The position numbers and the translations under genes are program-made. The notes beneath the pieces were generated by a model that had not been told where the DNA came from, made no database searches, and saw only the letters and a program-made list of their open reading frames with translations. A DNA stretch of 64,000 bases from an uncultured bacterium (GTDB lineage Bacteria; Chloroflexota; UBA5177; JANWHV01): the NCBI GenBank assembly GCA_963827235.1, contig CAWHAE010000012.1, positions 800,001-864,000 of the forward strand, in the 5' to 3' direction. Of the stretch, positions 18,871 to 28,335 are shown piece after piece. The number at the start of each line of letters is the position of its first letter. Position 1 is the stretch's first letter.

Positions 18871-19170
18871 TCAGGCTAGCTCAACCGCCCGGCCATCACT
18901 CCTGGCCTCACCGGCAGCCGGGGGCGGCATGGCGAAGTCGTGGGACGCATCTGTCGCGTGACCCGGATGGAGGACCCACGTGAGGCTGTCGCGCCGGATC
19001 TCCAGCTCGCGCCGCCGGCTGTAGCACTCGGCTAACTCGGCTAACGCCTGCTGCCAGCCGTCCAATCCAAGTGACACTTGCTTCTGTAATGGCCTGATCT
19101 CCGCGGCAATGGCACTGAGCCGCTCGCCGGTCTCGCCCAGGCGCACTTGAATGTCTCGTTCGCTCACCAT
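18871..19170 (-). CDS. Small coiled-coil hypothetical protein
   Basis: GGAGG RBS before ATG 19170; heptad-like helix IQVRLGETGERLSAIAAEI...RELEIRRDSLTWVL. Confidence 0.55.
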   Translation of the reverse strand: MVSERDIQVRLGETGERLSAIAAEIRPLQKQVSLGLDGWQQALAELAECYSRRRELEIRRDSLTWVLHPGHATDASHDFAMPPPAAGEARSDGRAVELA

Positions 19171-19329
19171 CGCCGTGCCTCCGGTCACGTGTCTAGACAA
19201 GTATCATTTCTGACTGCCACAGCATACCATGCTTGGCACCCCGGATGAATGGGACGTTATGCTGCGCAACTCGCGTGCCTCCGGGGTGCAGTGCGCTCCG
19301 ACCCCCGCTGGCTATGGGACCCGCTTGGC

Positions 19330-19590
19330 CGTGACATCAAGCGCCGCGAGGCAATGGAGTAGGCTCTGCGTGCGAGCGAGGCGCGGTTCCGCGAGGCGTT
19401 CGAGGAGTTTCCCATCGGCATGGCGCCGATCGACATGGACGGGCAGTTCCTGAGGGTCAAGCGCGTCCTGTCCGTGATGACCGGCTACGACGAGCCTGAG
19501 CTTCTTGGACGCAGCTGCTCAGGACGCGTGCTGCCCGACGACCTCGCCGCCAACCAAGAGATAACGCGCCGGCCGATCTCGTCGGACACG
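19330..19590 (+). pseudogene. Degraded PAS (S-box) domain fragment
   Basis: Frame reads RDIKRREAME*ALRASEARFREAFEEFPIGMAPIDMDGQFLRV...GYDEPELLG...PDDL, with in-frame TAG at 19360-19362 and no downstream output domain. Confidence 0.7.
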
Positions 19591-19691
19591 TGGATGGAGA
19601 CTGGATGCGGCCCGATGCGGCCAGGGCAACAGCCGACCAGCGCAGGGCGGCACTGCAGCTCACGCTGCCGCGCGTGCCGCCCGGCTGAAGC

Positions 19692-20606
19692 TTATCTGCC
19701 TGCCACCCTCATCTGTTCCACTTCGGGCACTATTCTCGATGCCAGCAGCTCGAACGGCTCGAGGTCGGAGACGTTCGGCAGGTTGAATATGGCTTGGTCG
19801 ATGCCGAGATCAGCCAGGCTCCGGAAATACGCGATCGCCGCATCAGGCGTCAGCGTGGCGTTGCGTCCATCACGGGTGATCGCGAGGCCGCTCAGGGTCG
19901 TCTTCTCGATCTGGTCGTATGATCGCCCAACCGCCTGGCAGTGCTCTCGCAGCACGTCGAGCTTGTGGCGGACCTGTTCTCCGGCCTGCGGGCCATAGGC
20001 GAACAAGTTGCAGGCGTCGGCGTACTGCGCTACCAGGCGGAGCGTCTTTCGCTCGCCGCTGCCGCCCACAAGGATCGGCGGGTGCGGCGTCTGTACGGGC
20101 CGCGGAGAATTCAGCGGCCGTGCCAGCTGATAGTGCTTGCCGCTATACGGCTGCTCGTTTCCCGACCACATCTGGTGCGCGACCTGCAGCGCCTCTTCCA
20201 GCCGCTCAAAGCGTTCTCCCAAGGCCGGAAACGGAACGCCAAGCCCTTGATGCTCTTCTTCGTTCCAGGCGGCACCGATGCCGAGGTAGGCGCGCCCGGC
20301 CGACAGCACGTCCAGCGTGGTCACGGTCTTCACCAGTATCCCCGGATGCCGGTAGGTGACTCCCGTGACCATGGTGCCGAGCCGGATGCGATTGGTGCGC
20401 CCGGCGGCGAACGCCAGCGCACTCCAGCCTTCCAGCATCTCATGCTCGGCCGGGCCAACCATGCCAATCTGGAAGAAGTGGTCCATCACCCACAGGCTGT
20501 AGAGGCCGGCTCGCTCGGCGCGTTCCGCGATACGCGCAAACGTCTCACCGAGCAATGCCCGCTCCTCGGGATAGGTGAAGTTCGGTACCTGAATTCCTAA
20601 CCGCAT
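19692..20606 (-). CDS. LLM-class F420-dependent oxidoreductase (Rv1855c-like)
   Basis: WVMDHFFQI, LEGWSAL, LGTMVTGVTYRHPG.L.K, LGIGAAW...EH, PPILVGGSGERKTLRLVAQYADACN. Confidence 0.92.
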   Translation of the reverse strand: MRLGIQVPNFTYPEERALLGETFARIAERAERAGLYSLWVMDHFFQIGMVGPAEHEMLEGWSALAFAAGRTNRIRLGTMVTGVTYRHPGILVKTVTTLDVLSAGRAYLGIGAAWNEEEHQGLGVPFPALGERFERLEEALQVAHQMWSGNEQPYSGKHYQLARPLNSPRPVQTPHPPILVGGSGERKTLRLVAQYADACNLFAYGPQAGEQVRHKLDVLREHCQAVGRSYDQIEKTTLSGLAITRDGRNATLTPDAAIAYFRSLADLGIDQAIFNLPNVSDLEPFELLASRIVPEVEQMRVAGR

Positions 20607-21074
20607 GAGTCGCATCTCCCCAAATCTACTGCACCACGCCGCCGGCTCCGTACCCGGAAAGACCGCGCCTTCGCGTGCAGTCACGCGACAAGCCGCTATT
20701 CCAGTGTCCCCGCTCCGCGTCTAGCGCGCCTTCAAGTCGCCTGCGTTGATGGTGGCCGGCCTCGGGCTGCCCAGTTGCCGGTTCCAGCGTACCGGGAGCT
20801 GGCACAGGCGTGACTCCCGTCGAACGTGGGCATGGCGACGCCGCACGGCCCAGGCGACCCAGCAGATCCAGAGTGACGGTCGATGCGGAAGAACATGACC
20901 ATACGTGAGCACCGTCAAGGGCCCGACGTTGTCGCCCGCTTCCAGTCTAGCTGCGGGCAATAGCAGAGAAGAAGAATTGCGATGCACACGATCGGAGCCG
21001 AGATCCGCGGCACGCCCGACGTACTGCGCATGGTGCGCGCACGCGTACTCTCCGCGCCGAACCCCGGCAGCTTG

Positions 21075-21938
21075 CTACTTCACTGCGCCGGCTACCAGCC
21101 CGCGTACGAAGAACCGCTGCCCCGCTATGTAGACAAACAGCATGGGAACGGTGGCGATCAGCGCGCCGGTCATGATCAGGGGCTGATTGAGAAAGAACCG
21201 TCCCTTGAACTCGGTCAGCCCGGCCATCAACGTGCGCACGGAGTCGTCCTGCAGAAAGGTCAGCGCGATCAGCAGTTCGTTCCAGACGAAGAGCGCATTC
21301 ACGATCACCAGCGTGATCAACGCCGGCATGGAGAGCGGCAAAATAATGGCTGTGAAGGCGCGGAACTGGGAGCAACCGTCGATGGTGGCCGCGTCAATGA
21401 TCTCGCCCGGCACCGTGCGGAAGAAATTCGTCAAGAGATAGACAGAAAAGGGGATCATCAGGCCGGAGTAGATGATGATCGCGCTCCAATACGTATTCAC
21501 CAGGCCGATGTTCACCATCATCACGAACAAGGGAATGATCAGGATTACCGGCGGGATTACCATGAGCGCGATGAAGATATTCAGCGCCACGTCACGCCCT
21601 GGAAAACGCATGCGGGCGAAGGGATAAGCAGCCAGGGCACTAAGTGCCGTGCAGAGTCCAACAGAAAGCACGGTGACTACCACGCTGTTCCACATCCAGC
21701 CCAGCAACCGGCCGTCTGACAGTGCGGAGCTGAAATTGGCGAGAGTCGGATGCCGCGGCAGTCCCCACATGTTGACCAGGTACTCGTCTTTGCCCTTGAG
21801 GCTGGTCACGATGAGGAAATAGAGCGGCATGGCAGCGCCCGCGCAAGCAACAAGGAGCACCGCCTGCTTGAGCACCGCGGCGGGCGTCAACAAGGCAATC
21901 ACGGGAACGCGGCGACAGAGCAAGTCGTCGTCAGGCAT
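21075..21938 (-). CDS. Carbohydrate ABC transporter permease (MalG-like)
   Basis: EIIDAATIDG, WNELL, QRFFVRGLVAGAVK. Confidence 0.92.
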   Translation of the reverse strand: MPDDDLLCRRVPVIALLTPAAVLKQAVLLVACAGAAMPLYFLIVTSLKGKDEYLVNMWGLPRHPTLANFSSALSDGRLLGWMWNSVVVTVLSVGLCTALSALAAYPFARMRFPGRDVALNIFIALMVIPPVILIIPLFVMMVNIGLVNTYWSAIIIYSGLMIPFSVYLLTNFFRTVPGEIIDAATIDGCSQFRAFTAIILPLSMPALITLVIVNALFVWNELLIALTFLQDDSVRTLMAGLTEFKGRFFLNQPLIMTGALIATVPMLFVYIAGQRFFVRGLVAGAVK

Positions 21939-22881
21939 CGTCGATCACCTCGCTTCGCCGGACCGTGAATTGCAGCACGACAAAGACCACGGTGACGCCG
22001 AGCAACAGCACGGCGGCAGTAGCGGCGATGCCCTGCTGGCGGAAAGCGAAGGCATTTTGCCAGATGTAGTACTCCATGACCTGCGACGAGAACCCTGGGC
22101 CGCCGTTGGTCATGACATAGATGTAGTTGAAGACGCCGCTCATCATGTTGATGACCTCGACCACCACAAAGAACTGAATGACGCTGCGTAACTGAGGCAG
22201 TGTGACATGCCAGTGCACGCGCCACCAGTTTGCCCCGTCGATGCGAGCTGCCTCGAAGAGCTCCTCGCGCACCGACATCAGGCGCGCCAGGAACAGCACG
22301 GTGCCGAAGCCCAGCTCGTGCCAGACAATGACACTCATCACCGACGGAATGGCCAGGTCCGACCTGCCGAGCCAGTCCAGCGCCAGTGCCCCCAGGCCAA
22401 GGGATCGCAGGGCTTCGTTGATCGGCCCGTTGAATTCGTACAGCAGGCTGAACACAGTCCCACCCACCGTGATGGCAATGATGTACGGCACGAAGATCAG
22501 TGTGCGATAGAGGCGCCAGCCTCGCACACGCTCGAACAGCAGGATGGCGAAGAGCAGCGAGAGCAGCACCAGGAACGGTATTGCCAGCAGAAGCTTGGCA
22601 TTGTCCCCGATAGCTTGCCAGAACACAGGGTCGGTGAAGACGAGGTTGTAGTTAGCGGAGCCCACGAACTGCGACTCGCCGACTCCGCCGGTCTGCGTGC
22701 TCTCCTGAAAGATGACCACCAAAGGATAGCCCAGCACCAAGCCGACGGCCAGGGCGGCGGGCATGATATAGAGATAGGGGATAAGGGCGGCGCGCACGCG
22801 CCGCCCCCTTCCTCGCCTGCGCGGAACGGTTGCCTCGTCCGCGCTCTTCGATCGCTGAGTCACGTCCGCACTATAGGTCAC
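21931..22881 (-). CDS. Carbohydrate ABC transporter permease (MalF-like)
   Basis: ELFEAARIDGA, MTNGGPG; GTG start just after the SBP stop. Confidence 0.92.
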   Translation of the reverse strand: MTYSADVTQRSKSADEATVPRRRGRGRRVRAALIPYLYIMPAALAVGLVLGYPLVVIFQESTQTGGVGESQFVGSANYNLVFTDPVFWQAIGDNAKLLLAIPFLVLLSLLFAILLFERVRGWRLYRTLIFVPYIIAITVGGTVFSLLYEFNGPINEALRSLGLGALALDWLGRSDLAIPSVMSVIVWHELGFGTVLFLARLMSVREELFEAARIDGANWWRVHWHVTLPQLRSVIQFFVVVEVINMMSGVFNYIYVMTNGGPGFSSQVMEYYIWQNAFAFRQQGIAATAAVLLLGVTVVFVVLQFTVRRSEVIDDA

Positions 22882-22883
22882 GG

Positions 22884-24230
22884 CTAGGAGCCGGAGGTGA
22901 TCCAATTAGTGAACTGCTTCATCTCAGTGGGATTCGACGCACGCCACTGCCGTGCCGTGCGCTCCCACAACTGCGTGGCAGAATCTGGAGTGCCGCCGCT
23001 GGTGACAGTCTCACCGGCGACCTGATCGCCGTTGAGGTCCAGCTGGGTCGGCACGTAATTCTCCAGCCAGACACTCTTCATGCCGACGTCCCAGGAGAGC
23101 ATCTGGCGCTGCAAGGGGTCCGCGATCGCCTTGGTGTTGAAGCGATCGTCGGCAGGAAACGCGCCGGTGCTGCGGTTCAGTGCCGCGAGACGCTCCGGCG
23201 TATGCATGAACATGAGGAACGTCGCCGCCTCGCTCTTGTGCGTCGACCAGGACGTGATCATCTCGCTGGACGACTGGGTCACGTCGTACCAGGACGCCAG
23301 CTTGCCGTTGCCGATCGACGGCTCTCGGAACACGCCCACATTGGCCTCGCCGAGCACGTGCGCGAAACTGACCACGTTGGCGTCCGTGGTGAAGGTCATG
23401 GCTGCCTGGCCCTTCACGAACGGCGTGGTACCGTTGTTAAGGTCGAGCGACGCCACATCGTCGTTGAGGTAGCCGGACGTCCGCATGGTCTCCAGCCCGG
23501 TCAGCCAGTCGGTGAACTGGCTATCGGTGAAGTGCGTCTGGCCCACCACAGCTCGCTTGACGTCGTCCACTGAGTTCAGGCTCCCTTTGCCGAACGTGCT
23601 CCAGAACCAGGCACCCGCGTAGCCGTCCTTGTTGCCCATGGCGAATGGGATGATGCCCTTAGCCTTGATCTTGGCGCAGTCGCTGAGAAACTCCGCCCAC
23701 GTGGCCGGCGGCTTGTTCGGATCGAGACCGGCCTTGCGGAAGATCGTCTTGTTGTAGACCACCGGAATGCCCATCAGGTAGAGCGGCATTCCCCACACTT
23801 TGCCGCCGTAGACATTCTCCGGCGTGCCGACCCAATGCTTGATCTCCGAGGCCGGGATGAGGCCGTTGAGAGGTACGATCGCGCCGGCCCAGGCCTGGGA
23901 CACCACGGGAATGGTGGCCCACTGCGTCGCGATATCCGGACCGCGGTGCGCGGCGGCAGCCGCCTGGAAGCTGCTGATCAGGGTATCGGTCGACTGGATG
24001 TCAAGCTTGATCTGAATGTTGGGGTGAGCCTTCTCGAACAGCGCAATGGTCTGGCGCATCCAATTGTCGGCGCCGGGAACGTCGCTCTCAGCCCACCACC
24101 AGTATGTCACCGTTACCGGAGCAGCCTGGCTTGCATGCGCCAGGGCCGTGGTCGGCGTGTGCGGATGAGCGAATGCCGGAAAAAGCAGCAATACTGCAGG
24201 CAAACAGTGCTTCAGTCGCGAGGTGATCAT
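22884..24230 (-). CDS. Carbohydrate ABC transporter substrate-binding protein (CUT1)
   Basis: GGAGG RBS, signal peptide, FEKAHPNI.I, GPDI, VYNK.IFRKAGLDP.KPPATW.EF. Confidence 0.9.
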   Translation of the reverse strand: MITSRLKHCLPAVLLLFPAFAHPHTPTTALAHASQAAPVTVTYWWWAESDVPGADNWMRQTIALFEKAHPNIQIKLDIQSTDTLISSFQAAAAAHRGPDIATQWATIPVVSQAWAGAIVPLNGLIPASEIKHWVGTPENVYGGKVWGMPLYLMGIPVVYNKTIFRKAGLDPNKPPATWAEFLSDCAKIKAKGIIPFAMGNKDGYAGAWFWSTFGKGSLNSVDDVKRAVVGQTHFTDSQFTDWLTGLETMRTSGYLNDDVASLDLNNGTTPFVKGQAAMTFTTDANVVSFAHVLGEANVGVFREPSIGNGKLASWYDVTQSSSEMITSWSTHKSEAATFLMFMHTPERLAALNRSTGAFPADDRFNTKAIADPLQRQMLSWDVGMKSVWLENYVPTQLDLNGDQVAGETVTSGGTPDSATQLWERTARQWRASNPTEMKQFTNWITSGS

Positions 24231-24372
24231 TGAAACCTCCACACTTCTCGTACGCGTCTAGCGTCGCCAGAATACCAAGGTCATGCGCCTGGGCTGCGAC
24301 GCACCGTGTTGAGCGCCTATACTCCACGGGCCTCCGTTCTAGCTGCACCTCCCTGTCTGAGCAATCCCGCTA

Positions 24373-24401
24373 ACTCTAGCATCGGGTTCGGCCCGTGGCA
24401 A
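24373..24401 (-). promoter_or_regulatory. Sigma70-type promoter upstream of the SBP gene
   Basis: Minus strand TTGCCA-17 nt-TAGAGT with an extended TG. Confidence 0.5.
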
Positions 24402-24576
24402 GCAACTCCGCGCCACGACATGTGGCTCATTGGTCTGGTTCGCTCACCTCTGTTCCGCGTGGCCTACCCGCCTGCTGCTCTCCATCAAACCGGCAATCGC
24501 GCGGGCATAGCGACGAGCTCGTGGCCTGGTTGGCTCGGCCGCAACCGTGCATCCCGCTCGCGGAGGCGCCCCGGCA

Positions 24577-25959
24577 TCACAATGCCACAGCCTTGATGCC
24601 GGTAAGCTCGCAAAACGCCGTTAGCTCATCGTACAGGTGGGCGCCGTAGCCCAGGACCGCGTACTCGCTGTTCCAGTGCTCGATCAGCTTCTCCACGTCG
24701 CAGTGGGCGGTGATGAAGGCATGCGGCCAGTGCGGAATGCCGCATTCCAGGCGGCGCTGCTCTATCACGGCTGCGTCCGGCTCGAACACAGTGCAGCGCG
24801 TGAACACCATCTCGAACTCGCCGTTGTTCCTGCCCATGTGGGCAACCACCCCTTCGCCGGGCTTGCAGACCAGGTCTACGGAGAGGCCGCCGGCTCCGCC
24901 CTCGGTCGGGATGCCGTGCTCGCCGAACCTGGCCGGTCCAACGGTGCCGGCCAGCGAGGGCGGACAGGCGCCGTCGCCGATGATCTTGAACTCCTTTTTC
25001 GCCTTGTCAATGTGCTGGAAGTCGCCGTAGTAGACGGGCTCGTCGCCAAGATCGCTGAGCAGCTTCACCGTCAGCAGCGTGTTGAGATCGCTCAGCGTGG
25101 AGGTGACGATGCGCCGGTCAAGCATCATGCTCTGAGCGAAACAGGTAGCGCTGTAGTCGTCACCCAGTCCGGGGAAGGACTGGATGGTGTAAGCATCCCA
25201 ACCCTCTGCGGTCATCACCTTCTGCAGCGCCAGGTACAGACGCAGGGAGCGGTCCGCCGCCTCGTCCTCGGGGATAGGCACGGAGAAGAGCGGCTGGATT
25301 TCCTTCCGCGCGCGTTCGAGATCATCGGCAGTAATCTGCTTTGCCGTCTCCAGCAGCTGCGTCGTGTCGCGCGAGTCGATGTCCACGCCGAAGGCACGCA
25401 GCCACTGCGAGGGATCGGCCACGCCGCAGGTCTGCCCCATCCCCCGGCCGCCGAGAACGCCCACCGTGCTCATGTTGAGGCTGTTCATCACATGGCTGGC
25501 CCGGCAATAGGCCATGATCCGCTCGACCGTCTGAGGATCGTCGTAGGCGCCGTACACGAAGCGGTGCGGTATGCCCACTTCCCTGAGGCCGGCGTGCATG
25601 ACAAGCCCACCGACCGGGCGCCAGCCCTGCGAGCCCGGATTGGTCCAGAGCAGTACGCTCTTGCCGCAGCAGGTGAAGTCGCGCACGGCCGCGACGAGAT
25701 GCGCGGCCCATACCCAGGTGCCGGAGAACAGAACAAGGCCGTCGAGATCGTCGATCTTCTTGTACCGGGAAAGGCACGCCCTTGCTTCCTGCTTGGTGGC
25801 GATGACCAGGTCCTCCACGACCAGGTCCGCTCCGGCGGCCTCGAGGGCTTTCCTGGCCTGCTCGACCACGGCATCGTCGACGAACGGCTGCCCCATGGGG
25901 TCTGGAAGACCGTCCTTGTGGACGCCATACACGACAAATCCGATCTTGGGCTTCACCAT
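24577..25959 (-). CDS. L-fucose/L-arabinose isomerase-family protein
   Basis: Fold-typical segments: G..GGR.MG, W...FGVDI...D, YL.L...., K.GE..VAH.GR..G...M, WPHAF. Confidence 0.75.
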   Translation of the reverse strand: MVKPKIGFVVYGVHKDGLPDPMGQPFVDDAVVEQARKALEAAGADLVVEDLVIATKQEARACLSRYKKIDDLDGLVLFSGTWVWAAHLVAAVRDFTCCGKSVLLWTNPGSQGWRPVGGLVMHAGLREVGIPHRFVYGAYDDPQTVERIMAYCRASHVMNSLNMSTVGVLGGRGMGQTCGVADPSQWLRAFGVDIDSRDTTQLLETAKQITADDLERARKEIQPLFSVPIPEDEAADRSLRLYLALQKVMTAEGWDAYTIQSFPGLGDDYSATCFAQSMMLDRRIVTSTLSDLNTLLTVKLLSDLGDEPVYYGDFQHIDKAKKEFKIIGDGACPPSLAGTVGPARFGEHGIPTEGGAGGLSVDLVCKPGEGVVAHMGRNNGEFEMVFTRCTVFEPDAAVIEQRRLECGIPHWPHAFITAHCDVEKLIEHWNSEYAVLGYGAHLYDELTAFCELTGIKAVAL

Positions 25960-26024
25960 GCTGTCTGCTCCTCGAGATCGCTCTCTAGATGTTCAAGAGG
26001 CTGTCCATGTGCCGAGCCGCGTCC

Positions 26025-26151
26025 ACTCTAGCACCGGGCTTTCCCATTGTCAAGCGAGTCGTGGTACCGGTAACGCGACGACGGCAGCCGCATTGCGCAA
26101 GGAGAATCACGTGTGCTAGACTCTGCGCCGGCGGTACCGTTAACGTATAAT
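26025..26151. promoter_or_regulatory. Divergent promoters with two LacI-type operators
   Basis: Minus strand TTGACA(26053-26048)-17-TAGAGT(26030-26025); plus strand TAGACT(26117) and TATAAT(26146); GGTACCGGTAAC (26063-26074) and GGTACCGTTAAC (26133-26144). Confidence 0.65.
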
Positions 26152-26239
26152 GGGGTCGGTGGCCGGGGCCCAAGAACAGGGTGGCTATGCCTTGACCGCG
26201 GCTCATCCTTAGGTACGAGATAGACGCGCGAGGTGCGAC

Positions 26240-27127
26240 ATGTCCGATGTGACGCTGAAGAATCTCTACGACTGGTGCAGCATTCCGGTGGAGCAGCTGC
26301 TGGAGCACAAGGGTCGTCGCGTTCCTTTGCGCCTGGTCCAGGATTCGGCCGAGATGGGTCGCGTCATGGCGCAGGACTTCATCGACGTGATCGCGGGCAA
26401 CGCCGGCCGCGGCGCACCGACCACGGCCATCGTGCCGTGTGGACCGAATGCCTGGTACCGGCCGTTTACCGACATGGTGAACGCGCGCGGACTGTCGCTG
26501 CAGAATCTGCACGTGTTCCACATGGACGAGTGTCTGGACTGGCAGGCACAGCCACTGCCCAAGCGGCATCCGCTCAACTTCCGATCGTTCATGGAAGAGC
26601 ACTTCTACGGCGGTATCAGGCCGGAGCTCGCGGTTCCCGAGACGCAACGGCACTGGCTGCTCCCCTCCACAGCTGACCGCGTGCGCGCGCAGATCGCCGA
26701 AGCCCAAGTCGACATCACCCTCGGCGGATGGGGACAGGACGGCCACCTGGCCTACAATCAAGCGCGCCGGCAGCCTTTCAGCCAGGTGACACTCGAGCAG
26801 ATAGCCGACAGCACGATCCGCATCCAGGACAACAACCTCGATACCGTTCTGGCCCTTGCACAGCGCAACTTCGGCGCCGCCTACCAGTTCGTGCCGCCTA
26901 TGTCGATCACGCTTGGCGTGCGAGAATGCCTGTCGGCACGGCAGGTGCGCATATTCAGTGACACCGGCGCCTGGAAACAGACCGCTTTGCGGGTGGCGCT
27001 GTTCTCTGAACCGACCGCCGAGTACCCGATGACCCTGTTGCAGCGCCATCCAGACGCGCTGATCACCGCTACTCTGGACACAGCGCGGCATCCGATAAGC
27101 GAGCATCCGGAATGGCAGTTGTTCTAG
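26240..27127 (+). CDS. NagB/glucosamine-6-phosphate isomerase-deaminase-like protein
   Basis: VFHMDE, HP.NFRSFM, GG.G.DGHLAYN, P..SITLG..E...AR, YP.TLLQ.HP. Confidence 0.82.
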   Translation: MSDVTLKNLYDWCSIPVEQLLEHKGRRVPLRLVQDSAEMGRVMAQDFIDVIAGNAGRGAPTTAIVPCGPNAWYRPFTDMVNARGLSLQNLHVFHMDECLDWQAQPLPKRHPLNFRSFMEEHFYGGIRPELAVPETQRHWLLPSTADRVRAQIAEAQVDITLGGWGQDGHLAYNQARRQPFSQVTLEQIADSTIRIQDNNLDTVLALAQRNFGAAYQFVPPMSITLGVRECLSARQVRIFSDTGAWKQTALRVALFSEPTAEYPMTLLQRHPDALITATLDTARHPISEHPEWQLF

Positions 27128-28335
27128 TGGACGCCGAGGGTCCCGCCCCCCACGGTAGGACGCTAGTGCTGGCCCCGACGGCGCCGTTCCGACGGCTGAT
27201 CGGCGTAGGCGGAATCGGCACCGGGCTGTTCTTCGCACTTGACGGAGAGCACACGCTCGGCCGGAACGAGAGTCGCTCGGGGCGGCTGCTCGACGTGCGC
27301 GACTACTGCAAGCTGCACATCATCACGCACTATGTCGCCGTGCTCCTCGGAGCGCATCCAAGCGGATCGCCGTTCCATGTGCTGCCGATCGGCAAGGTAG
27401 GCGACGACGAGATCGGGGGCCGGCTTATAGAGGAGATGCGCGCGGTCGGCATAGACCTCCGGTGGGTCTACAGGCACGACGACCGACGAACCCTGACCAG
27501 CGTCTGCTTCCAATACTCGGATGGGAGTGGAGGCAACATTACCGCGCGCGATTCGGCTGCCGACAGCCTGACTGCCGCAGACGTCGATCTGGCGGTGCCG
27601 GTGATGCGCAGCGCTCCTGGCCGATCGATAGCCCTGGCCGTGCCCGAGGTGCCGCTAGGCGTCCGTGACCATCTGCTAACGCGTGCTACCGAGACCGGCG
27701 CCTTGCGCGTGGCATCGTTCACACCTTCGGAGATCGGACCGGCGCGTACTGCGGGCATGTTCTCGCGCGTTGACATACTCGCGCTGAACGAAGATGAGGC
27801 AGCCATTCTGGCCGGGGAATCGTTCGATTATCGCCGGCCGGGCCCGTTTCTCCAGTCGTGCGCGACGGTGCTGCGACGGTCGCAGCCGGGGCTGCGCGTG
27901 GTCGTCACTGCGGGCGCGCACGGCGCGTACGCCTGCGACGGCGGGAGCTGGGTACACTGCCCGGCGCCAACCGTTGGCGTGGTCGGCTCGGCCGGAGCGG
28001 GCGATGCTCTGCTGGCCGGCATTATCGCGGCACTGGCGGTCGGCATGCCGTTCGTGGCCCCTGCGGAGGGCAGCGGCGCATGGCAGCTCGCATCCGCCCT
28101 TGACCTTGGCGTGCTACTGGCAGCGTACTCGGTCACATCCCCGCACACTATCCACGATGGGGCCAACCTGTCGTCGTTGCTGTCGTTCGCGAGCAACGTG
28201 GGCATGGACGTGCCCGCTTCCGCGGAGCGGTACATTTCGCTGCCGGATGCCGATGTGGGCGGCCGCCACGACGGCACGACCGGACGCCCGGCGAGCTTGC
28301 CGCTCGGCCGGTTCCAGACTAGTGGTCAGGTATGA
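27127..28335 (+). CDS. PfkB/ribokinase-family carbohydrate kinase
   Basis: IGKVGDD..G, LNEDEA, VVTAGAHGA, anion-hole GSAGAGDALLAG. Confidence 0.88.
   Translation: MDAEGPAPHGRTLVLAPTAPFRRLIGVGGIGTGLFFALDGEHTLGRNESRSGRLLDVRDYCKLHIITHYVAVLLGAHPSGSPFHVLPIGKVGDDEIGGRLIEEMRAVGIDLRWVYRHDDRRTLTSVCFQYSDGSGGNITARDSAADSLTAADVDLAVPVMRSAPGRSIALAVPEVPLGVRDHLLTRATETGALRVASFTPSEIGPARTAGMFSRVDILALNEDEAAILAGESFDYRRPGPFLQSCATVLRRSQPGLRVVVTAGAHGAYACDGGSWVHCPAPTVGVVGSAGAGDALLAGIIAALAVGMPFVAPAEGSGAWQLASALDLGVLLAAYSVTSPHTIHDGANLSSLLSFASNVGMDVPASAERYISLPDADVGGRHDGTTGRPASLPLGRFQTSGQV

Noticed and set aside
19360-19362. In-frame TAG as possible pyrrolysine or read-through
   Set aside because: The surrounding PAS sequence is otherwise eroded and truncated, and no pyl genes are in the window.
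24637-26031. 464-aa plus-strand ORF
   Set aside because: Antisense shadow of the isomerase gene.
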